Positions 12,326 through 22,056 of a DNA stretch of 64,000 bases are shown in pieces (positions within the stretch are counted from its first letter, which is position 1; each line of letters opens with the position of its first letter). Below the pieces are notes generated by a model. The model was not told where the DNA came from. It made no database searches and was given only the letters and a program-made list of their open reading frames with translations. This DNA is from Macrostomum hystrix (Eukaryota; Animalia; Platyhelminthes): contig CATNEN010000029.1 of the NCBI GenBank assembly GCA_950097015.1, forward strand, positions 5,332,001 to 5,396,000, written 5' to 3'. Both the position numbers and the translations under genes were made by a program.

Positions 12326-15300
12326 CTCTCCTGGTGTCCGCAATCCATTGCAGCCTCGGAAGGGCTCGGCAGGCTCGCTGGAAAGAGCGGCAGGCGGTGC
12401 AGGCCGGGCAGGTGGACGCTGTAGAACCTGTGGAAGGCAGCCGACTCGTAGCAGTCCACCTGCCGGCGGAGCTCCGCCTTCGCCCGGTCGCCACTGGTGA
12501 CTCCATCTTCGGCCGCATCCCGATCCACCTCCAGACCTCGCTCCTTACGTGTGCCTGGGAACGAGGGGTTCTTAGTGCGTATCAAATCATGAGGAGAATT
12601 CTGATTTCAAAGCTTTCAAAGAGTTTTCAAAGCATGCAGCCTGGGCAGACAGGAGTCCAGCTGCAGGGCAGTTCGATGAGGATCCATCATTGAGATATAA
12701 TTTATGGCATCATCATTTATTTTTTCATTGCTAAAACACACTAACCTACTCCACCAGAGTTTAAATGCACATTACATCACCTACATTTCAGTCATGTTCT
12801 AGCCACACAGCGTTAAAACTACTTGCCTACCACGACTTTTCCTACAAATGCTCTAGATCTTACTAGATGGCATTCCATCGACATTTGAACTCTCCTCTAT
12901 GTGTTCTGAACAGTGTTTTCTCTGCTTTACCTGCCTGTGTAAACAAGTAGCTGCACTTGTCTATGGCCATAACACTCGTCACAAAGTGAGAGGAGTACGT
13001 TAAAGAACGGAGACTGGCTTAAATATTAACTTTCTATTTATCTTCGACTCGCTTAGTTTCACAGCCCTGAGCTACGAGATCAGTAGGATCTGCGCTGAAG
13101 ATACCGGTGACACCTGAAACTGATGGTCGCCTTTCTTCGACTCCGGAGGTTTCACAGCTTGTCGAGGCTCACTCGCGCACGCTTCCAGCAGATCATGCGT
13201 GGATCACAGACTGCATACCAGCAGTGGTTCACTAAATATCAGTGAACGTAACGCACCTGGCAACAGGCAGTCCAGTAGAAGAGCAGTGCTCGTTCCGACT
13301 AGCATTTCATTGCTGAGCAGATCCAGCATTATTGAAGTTGGTACTGACTCGTCTGTAATGAAGCGGAGGTTAGGATGAGCGGTGCAAAAAGCCAATGCAA
13401 AGTCTAAAAAAGAAATTTCTCATGTACCGATCCGTTTTGGTCGGCTCGCCTTGACCTGTAGCGGCACAACAACGCCGAGGAAGACGCTGAAGCCGAACAC
13501 GAACGCGTTTCTCGGCCGGTCCATCCGGACGCTCCGGAGGCTGCCCGCGGCGACGCCGCAGATGATGCCGATGGTGGACAGCAGCACGCCGCCGATGATC
13601 GGGTCGGGGATGCACACGAACAGGGCGCTGAGCTTCGGGAACAGGCCGAACAGGAGCAGGATGACAGAGGTCGCCTGCATCACGCGACGACTCGCCACCT
13701 TCGTCATGCTGATGGCAGCGATGTTGTTGCTGTAGGAGGTCGGTCCCACCGGCAGTCCGAACAAACCACTCACGAGGCAGCCAAAGCCCTCGGCTGTAAT
13801 GCCTGATTCACAAGGAAATTCATGGTCAATTTAAGGGTCGACATTACAGCTTTGGGGTTTTTTGGTATGAAGTTTTGAGGGTAATGCAGAGCGTTCTAGA
13901 TTTCAAGAAGGATTCAACGATTAAGTTCTAAGGATACAGTTTCGGGGTGATTGGCTGAGCGGTAGACTCTGCGGTCGAGGCCGCATTCATTTGACGCGCA
14001 GCCGTGGAGCGATGATTTTGCGCGCTTGTCGTGTAATTTACACCCACGAGGGCAAACCCCCCAAAACAGCTACACCGCAGAGGGAGAGTGTACACCGCAA
14101 TAAAATGAAAAGTCAAGGTGTGTGTTAACCTTTTGGGTGAGTGGGTGCCTGGGCTAAGCGCTGACTGCGGGTCTACAGTCACTAAATGTCCAAAGCCCTA
14201 CTGCTAATATTATTTCTAAGGATACAGTTTCGATTTTTTAATCTTATTTGCCCAACTCAGATGGCAACCAACCGCGGTTCATGGGGAAGCCGACGGGACT
14301 GGCGGAGCCGCAGAACTTGGCGCAGGTCACGTAGTCGCCGATGCTCTCCATGATGGAAACGAGAATCGCGCAGCTGACCGCCACTACACCGGGCCCGTTG
14401 ACCGACAGCCTGCCGAACTGCAGCGGGTGCGGCAGCCGGAACCAGCCGGCGTTCGCCACCGCTGACGACTTCACGTCCGTGCGCCCGCCGTAGCCCCAGG
14501 CCTCCGGGTTGTTCGGCAGGACGTCCGTGACAGTCAGCACGTGGCACACCGAGTACATGATAGCCATGGACAACAGGATCTATTCAAAGGAGGTTTTAGT
14601 TTTTCAATTTTAAACTTGGTGGCTGGGGCTTAAAGATTCTTGAGCACTTTAGTATTGAGTGTAAAGCAGTGCTCTCCGGACGGACTCACAGGCAGAGATG
14701 AGAATATGGCGCATCTGGTCACCCTGACGCGTCGTTGCCGAAACGAAAAGTACGGAAGGGGCACCTCGACCCAGTCCAGCGCATATGTGAAAGCGATGAT
14801 CAGCACACAGCAGCTGAAAATCAGGTGTCGAGCATTTAAAATTGTTGCATTTTATAACACTATCGATAATAGTAATAGCTAGAATTCCTTAGGAAAATGG
14901 GATCTGCACAATGTGTCGCTCAAAAGTAGAACGCGAAGTCCGTTTTGTCTTTAAGTGTGGCTGGAGTCCATACAGTTCAATCAGGGAGAATATTTTCCAA
15001 GAAATACTAACTGATTGCTGGGGCTAACTTAGAAGATGACGAATGCATATACCGCATGGCGCAAGAAAGTGAAGAACTGACACAAGGACTAGCGTTATTT
15101 GCCTAAATAAATATCTAACTACAGAGCTCTTGTGTCAGACTGAGCAGCTAACGTGTGTTTGAGTCTTCCACAACGAATTTTATCTTGAACTGAAAAATAT
15201 TAGCTTTATCTTCATTTCAGTATTGGCTCACTCACGCCATCGCCAGGTAGAACTGTGGTGCACACAGCTTCAGGACGGCACCCATGACGCTGAAGCCGAT

Positions 15301-16693
15301 GAGGAAGATGGTCGGCGCCACCACCAGCGGGCTGACGAAGTGCAGCAGGCGACTCATCACCCCGGTGCTCCCGATGAGAAGCTGCAAGATGGAGCCGACC
15401 GCGATGGTGCCGGCCACCTGGCCGATGCGCGAGTGCCACAGCTGCTCGCCCGACTGCGGCAGCACCGTTGTGCCGTTCTCCAGGGTTTCGTTGCCTGGTG
15501 AACAAACGGTGGATGAATTCCCCTTGCATAAATAGTTAGTCAGAAAGAAGCCAGATTGTATGCAGTTTTATTTGCAAGGAGCGGCGGGCAATGGTGGATC
15601 AGTTCTGCCCATTCTTCTGATTTCTGAACACTCACACAGGTGTGTACATCTGTCTCTTCGTCAGCAGTGTAAACTCTCACTGTGCCTTGGAGGTTGGCCC
15701 TCAAGGGTGCAAATTTCACAAGCACCCAAGCCTTCTCTCCGCAGCTGCACCCCAAATGAATGTGGCCCCGCCGCGGAATCGAGCCCAGGGACCTTGGTGC
15801 GAGAGGCAAACGCGTTGACCGCTCTGCCACTCACCCTCAGGTTAGCTCACATCGGCGCAAGTTAATGGGCAGTAAAATCTATAAAACATTAGGAAAAGAC
15901 ATTGGGAACAAAACAAATACTGCTTGATGTTTCCTGGAATCCTTTCTCGACAAATCAACTGCGTGTCTTTTCTAGCACACCTTGAGAATCAAAGTGGGTT
16001 CAGCAGGTTTTTAGGTCTGAGTTTGTCCATTGCGGGGCAGCGATTCAGTTCTGGCATCATTCTGCACAAATACTCGTATAATGTGGGATTCGAAACGGCA
16101 CATCCTGATCTTGCTTTACCTTTCAGCTTCAAGTCAGGGCAAACCGAGACGTCGCTGGCCATGATTCCAACGGCCACTGGATAAAAGACAATGCTTGGTC
16201 CCTGGGCAATGGGCAGCCTGATGCCAAGGCTGCATTGTACCAGGGTCGTGATGCCCATCACGAAGAAGCAGGAGGCGATGAGGTTCGACTTGTCCACCTC
16301 GTCCTGCACGCAGGCGGCCTCGAACAAGATGATGACACCGAAGGCGCAGCCGCTGCTCATGATGATGAAGTGCTGGAAGCCCAGCAGCAGCGTCAGGTAC
16401 CATCTGGGGTTGTCGTTTAGCCCGTAGGTCAGGCGCAGAGCTGAAGTCGGATTTGAGCATAGTTAGTCAGTCATGCTTTCTAATTCACAGTATAGACTGA
16501 TATTTAACCGCTTGAAATTCTATGATTAGTTAGAGAGGTTTAATTTATATCAGAGATGTGCTCTGTAGTGTCTGCAATGGTCACAGTCGGTCATTCTTGA
16601 AATAACGATACCATACCACATTTCCAACTGCTAGTTCTTCGAACTGCTCACCTTCAAACTCCAGATCTGGAGGCTCCTGCTTCTCGTCAGTAC
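12316..16693 (-). CDS. SLC23/NAT permease, copy B (core exons; 5' end uncertain, possibly extending to 22039)
   Basis: Exons 16652-16693, 16120-16440, 15236-15494, 14690-14813, 14273-14579, 13428-13802, 13257-13352, 12316-12554; intron positions match copy A. Candidate upstream exons 17492-17577, 20735-20782 and 22011-22039 give an in-frame 1926-nt CDS (641 aa). Confidence 0.88.
13945..14213 (+). mobile_element. SINE family B copy with 19-bp target-site duplication
   Basis: TTCTAAGGATACAGTTTCG at 13926-13944 and 14214-14232 flanks a 269-bp insert starting GGGTGATTGGCTGAGCGG, related to the copies at 15.6, 20.8 and 25.4 kb. Confidence 0.8.
15560..15840 (-). mobile_element. SINE family B copy
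   Basis: Reverse complement of TGGCAGAGCGG...GGTCCCTGGGCTCGATTCC...GAGAGAAGGCTTGGG...AACCTCCAAGGCACAGTGAGAG...GATGTACACACCTGTGTG. Confidence 0.75.
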
Positions 16694-16741
16694 CTGTGTT
16701 GCTGGCTTGAATAGTCATGAGATATCCTGACTGATGCTGAG

Positions 16742-17432
16742 TCGGAGGATTGCTTCCAGAGTCAGAGGATTGCTTCCAGAGTCAGAGGATTGCTTCCAGA
16801 GTCAGACGATTACTTCCAGAGTCAGAGGATTGCTTCCAGAGTCAGAGGATTGCTTTCCAGAGTCAGAGGATTGCTTCCAGAGTCAGTGGATTGCTTCCAG
16901 AGTCAAAGGATTGCTTCCAGAGTCAAAGGATTGCTTCCAGAGTCAGAGGATTACTTCCGAGTCAAAGGATTGCTTCTAGAGTCAGAGGATTGCTTCCAGA
17001 GTCAGAGGATTGCTTCCAGAGTCAGGTGATTGCTTCCAGAGTCAGTGGATTGCTTCCAGAGTCGGAGGATTGCTTCCAGAGTCAGAGGATTGCTTCCAGA
17101 GTCAAAGGATTGCTTCCAGAGTCAGAGGATTGCTTCCAGAGTCAGAGGATTGCTTCCAGAGTCAGAGGATTGCTTCCAGAGTCAGAGGATTGCTTCCAGA
17201 GTCAAAGGATTGCTTCCAGAGTCAGAGGATTGCTTCCAGAGTCAGAGGATTGCTTCCAGAGTCAGAGGATTGCTTCCAGAGTCAGTGGATTGCTTCCAGA
17301 GTCAGAGGATTGCTTCCAGAGTCAGAGGATTGCTTCCAGAGTCAAACGATTTTTACTTCCAGAGTCAGAGGATTGCTTCCAGAGTCAAAGGATTGCTTCC
17401 AGAGTCAGGTTATTGCTTCCAGAGTCAAAGGA
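16742..17432. repeat. Minisatellite, 20 bp GATTGCTTCCAGAGTCAGAG
   Basis: About 34 copies; source of the ORFs at 16734-17595. Confidence 0.95.
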
Positions 17433-17989
17433 TGCCGCTTCCTGTTCGCTCGATTTGATTCCGAAGTCCTTTGAACCAATGTCCCAAATACTTGCACTGA
17501 GTAGTCTCTCTGCTTTCAATGAGATAAGGCCTTTCAGAAGAGGAGCCGCTGTCCCTGTACTATCGGACACTGTGCACCTGCGACCTTTCTTTTAGTTGTC
17601 TACAAAACAGATTTCTTCAAATTTGACTCCAACCTTGTGATTTAAGCACTTCAGCTTAGAAATTCTGTATTTTTATGCCACAAATGGCTACAGACCGAAC
17701 TGCTTGCTTTATGGGCTCCGTGTGACCCGTTCTGGTGGACTTGAAATCTAAATTGCGTTTTCAACAAATTATTCAAATCGTTGGGCATTCAAATATTTAC
17801 TTGCAGAACTGTATGGCCTGTGAACTCTCATTCCTTCTCTCTCCAAATAGCATACGACTTGTGTTATCAATCCTTATGCAAAGCGTGCAGGTAACAAGTT
17901 GCTCTTTGCTGTGTCAAAACAAAGTCTCTCAGGCTACAAGCCTTAAAGCCAAAGTTGAAACTTACAAATGCGAATTAGAGGTTGCCTCT

Positions 17990-20650
17990 TAAGTCCTGGG
18001 GTGTTTGTGTCTTGAGTCCTAGGGTGTCTGTGTCTTGAGTCCTAGGGTAATCTGTGTCTTCAGTCCTAGGGTAATCTGTGTCTTGAGTCCTAGGGTAATC
18101 TGTGTCTTGAGTCCTAGGGTAATCTGTGTCCTTGAGTCCTAGGGTGTCTGTGTCTTGAGTCCTAGGGTAATCTGTGTCTTGAGCCCTAGGGTAATCTGTG
18201 TCTTCAGTCCTAGGGTAATCTGTGTCTTGAGTCCTAGGGTAATCTGTGTCTTGAGTCCTAGGGTGTCTGTGTCTTCAGTCCTAGGGTGTCTGTGTCTTGA
18301 GTCCTAGGGTGTCTGTGTCTTGAGTCCTAGGGTAATCTGTGTCTTCAGTCCTAGGGTAATCTGTGTCTTGAGTCCTAGGGTAATCTGTGTCTTGAGTCCT
18401 AGGGTAATCTGTGTCCTTGAGTCCTAGGGTGTCTGTGTCTTGAGTCCTAGGGTAATCTGTGTCTTGAGTCCTAGGGTGTCTGTGTCTTGAGTCCTAGGGT
18501 AATCTGTGTCTTCAGTCCTAGGGTAATCTGTGTCTTGAGTCCTAGGGTGTCTGTGTCTTGAGTCCTAGGGTAATCTGTGTCTTGAGTCCTAGGGTAATCT
18601 GTGTCTTGAGTCCTAGGGTAATCTGTGTCTTGAGTCCTAGGGTAATCTGTGTCTTGAGTCCTAGGGTAATCTGTGTCTTGAGTCCTTGTGTAATCTGTGT
18701 CTTGAGTCCTAGGGTAATCTGTGTCTTGAGTCCTAGGTTGTCTGTGTCTTGAGTCCTAGGGTAATCTGTGTCTTCAGTCCTAGGGTAATCTGTGTCTTGA
18801 GTCCTAGGGAAATCTGTGTCTTGAGTCCTAGGGTAATCTGTGTCTTGAGTCCTAGGGTAATCTGTGTCTTGAGTCCTAGGGTGTCTGTGTCTTGAGTCCT
18901 AGGGTAATCTGTGTCTTGAGACCTAGGGTGTCTGTGTCTTCAGTCCTAGGGTAATCTGTGTCTTCAGTCCTAGGGTAATCTGTGTCTTGAGACCTAGGGT
19001 GTCTGTGTCTTCAGTCCTAGGGTGTCTGTGTCTTGAGTCCTTGGGTAATCTGTGTCTTGAGTCCTAGGGTAATCTGTGTCTTCAGTCCTAGGGTAATCTG
19101 TGTCTTCAGTCCTAGGGTAATCTGTGTCTTGAGTCCTAGGGTAATCTGTGTCTTCAGTCCTAGGGTAATCTGTGTCTTGAGACCTAGGGTGTCTGTGTCT
19201 TCAGTCCTAGGGTGTCTGTGTCTTGAGTCCTTGGGTAATCTGTGTCTTGAGTCCTAGGGTAATCTGTGTCTTCAGTCCTAGGGTAATATGTGTCTTGAGT
19301 CCTAGGGTGTCTGTGTCTTCAGTCCTAGGGTGTCTGTGTCTTGAGTCCTTGGGTAATCTGTGTCTTGAGTCCTAGGGTAATCTGTGTCTTGAGTCCTAGG
19401 GTAATCTGTGTCTTCAGTCCTAGGGTGTCTGTGTCTTGAGTCCTAGGGTAATCTGTGTCTTGAGACCTAGGGTGTCTGTGTCTTCAGTCCTAGGGTAATC
19501 TGTGTCTTCAGTCCTAGGGTAATCTGTGTCTTGAGACCTAGGGTGTCTGTGTCTTCAGTCCTAGGGTGCCTGTGTCTTGAGTCCTTGGGTAATCTGTGTC
19601 TTGAGTCCTAGGGTAATCTGTGTCTTCAGTCCTAGGGTAATCTGTGTCTTCAGTCCTAGGGTAATCTGTGTCTTGAGTCCTAGGGTAATCTGTGTCTTCA
19701 GTCCTAGGGTAATCTGTGTCTTGAGACCTAGGGTGTCTGTGTCTTCAGTCCTAGGGTGTCTGTGTCTTGAGTCCTTGGGTAATCTGTGTCTTGAGTCCTA
19801 GGGTAATCTGTGTCTTCAGTCCTAGGGTAATATGTGTCTTGAGTCCTAGGGTGTCTGTGTCTTCAGTCCTAGGGTGTCTGTGTCTTGAGTCCTTGGGTAA
19901 TCTGTGTCTTGAGTCCTAGGGTAATCTGTGTCTTGAGTCCTAGGGTAATCTGTGTCTTCAGTCCTAGGGTGTCTGTGTCTTGAGTCCTAGGGTAATCTGT
20001 GTCTTCAGTCCTAGGGTAATCTGTGTCTTCAGTCCTAGGGTAATCTGTGTCTTGAGTCCTAGGGTAATCTGTGTCTTCAGTCCTAGGGTAATCTGTGTCT
20101 TGAGACCTAGGGTGTCTGTGTCTTCAGTCCTAGGGTAATCTGTGTCTTGAGACCTAGGGTGTCTGTGTCTTCAGTCCTAGGGTGTCTGTGTCTTGAGTCC
20201 TTGGGTAATCTGTGTCTTGAGTCCTAGGGTAATCTGTGTCTTCAGTCCTAGGGTGTCTGTGTCTTGAGTCCTTGGGTAATCTGTGTCTTGAGTCCTAGGG
20301 TAATCTGTGTCTTCAGTCCTAGGGTGTCTGTGTCTTGAGTCCTTGGGTAATCTGTGTCTTGAGTCCTAGGGTAATATGTGTCTTCAGTCCTAGGGTAATA
20401 TGTGTCTTCAGTCCTAGGGTGTCTGTGTCTTCAGTCCTAGGGTGTCTGTGTCTTGAGTCCTTGGGTAATCTGTGTCTTGAGTCCTAGGGTAATCTGTGTC
20501 TTGAGTCCTAGGGTAATCTGTGTCTTCAGTCCTAGGGTGTCTGTGTCTTGAGTCCTAGGGTAATCTGTGTCTTGAGTCCTAGGGTAATCTGTGTCCTTGA
20601 GTCCTAGGGTGTCTGTGTCTTGAGTCCTAGGGTAATCTGTGTCTTGAGTC
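17990..20650. repeat. Large minisatellite, 23/24 bp GAGTCCTAGGGT(AAT/GT)CTGTGTCTT, with higher-order duplication
   Basis: About 110 units; identical ORF translations at 19033 and 19577 show a 544-bp higher-order repeat. Confidence 0.95.
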
Positions 20651-20784
20651 GTGGTCTTCTGCGCTGACGGGTTGAGGGGCATGCAACGGAGCTTCTGCGC
20701 TGTCAGCAGTTCGTCTACCTCGGTGGGCTGGTACCTGACGTCCGCGAAGATCTGCGGCGTCGCCGCGACTCGCCTGGGCTGCCT

Positions 20785-21050
20785 GTGGCAGAGCGGTTAA
20801 CACGTTTGCCTCCCGCACCAAGGTCCCTGAGCTCGATTCCGAGCCGAGGCCACTTTCTTTTGGGGGCGCAGCCACGGAGAGAAGGCTTGGGGGCTTGTCT
20901 TACAATTTACGCCCTTGAGTGCCAACCTCAAAAACACAGTGAGTGTATACTGCCTGACGATGAGAAAGTCAGGGCAGATGTACACACCTGTGTGAACGTG
21001 TGCCTGCTTACAGTATCTGCGTGCTTGGCATCTCTATTTGTGTCTCATTT
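20785..21050 (+). mobile_element. SINE family B copy
   Basis: A-box TGGCAGAGCGG, B-box-like GCTCGATTCC, body shared with 25385-25665. Confidence 0.75.
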
Positions 21051-21084
21051 GCGTAACAAATCATGTCAGATAGCTGTGGGCTTG

Positions 21085-21260
21085 TGAATGGAGCTTCGAA
21101 TTTCTGACTAAGAGGTCCGGAGTTCGAATCTCAGCCGAAGGGAAACAACTTGTGTCCTCGAACAACGATACTTAATTCGCTAGTGCATCAGTTTATTGAT
21201 TTGTAAAAGGGATGCAGTTGCACGCACCTGGCCCAATTAGGATAGGTGCTATTTCTATTC
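21085..21260 (+). mobile_element. SINE family A degenerate copy
   Basis: AGAGGTCCGGAGTTCGAATC...AACTTGTGTCCTCGAACAACGATACTTAA, plus 3' end CTGGCCCAATTAGGATAGGTG. Confidence 0.55.
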
Positions 21261-22056
21261 TACTGCGTGAAACTAAATCAAACGAAGTCCACTTGATCAA
21301 GTAAAGAATATATGTGTTCATCCATTAGCATGGCATGAGTATATTTGATTATTGCGAGAGTAAATCACAAGTGTTTTATGGCAGGTACCGGGTTCGAGTC
21401 CCGAACTTGGGTAAACATTAGTCTCCAGCTTCTTTTTCGTCGTTTTCAGGCAAGCAGCAAATTTTTAAATACCAACTTTCTTTGCTGTGTTACGTTTAAA
21501 ATATTATAATGAATTTCAAAGTCTTAGACTTTATTTTACACACACTCAGGGTTAGGCGAAGCCAATTAGACAGAACTATTTCGCATTATTCTTGCTTGGC
21601 ATACTACTTTTGCTGCTGTTTAAAGGAAAATACGAGTAGTTTAAATAGAATGTTTATAGAATAGCAACAAAGAGAAAGTCGTGTCTTTACAATTTACATT
21701 TACTATACAATTTGAATCTACTGGGTTGCACTACAAGCTTATGCAATACAAGGCAGTAAAGGGCTACTTTCATTGTACAGTATGCATCTGAAAACTATGA
21801 GATGTGAAAACACATGGCCAGCTCTTGCTTAGATTTGGAAAAGTTCAAGACTCAAAGAAATTTTGCGGCGCTAAAAAAGCGATTAAAAAGCAGAAGAAAA
21901 TACACCGATGAAGTTAGCTGATCAAAAATAAGAATTTCTAACTAAGTCTCTTTGGTTCATGAAAGTAAGCATAACAAGTTGTTCACAGTTTTTTTTCTCG
22001 ACTCTCACACCTGGCTGCTTCTGCTGCGTCTGAGCTCATTGAAGGCTGGCAGATGA

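Noticed and set aside
13404-13427. Alternative acceptor TTTTTTAG giving a 24-nt intron in SLC23 copy B
   Set aside because: Too short for spliceosomal splicing; the acceptor at 13353 gives a 75-nt intron and matches the paralog exon.
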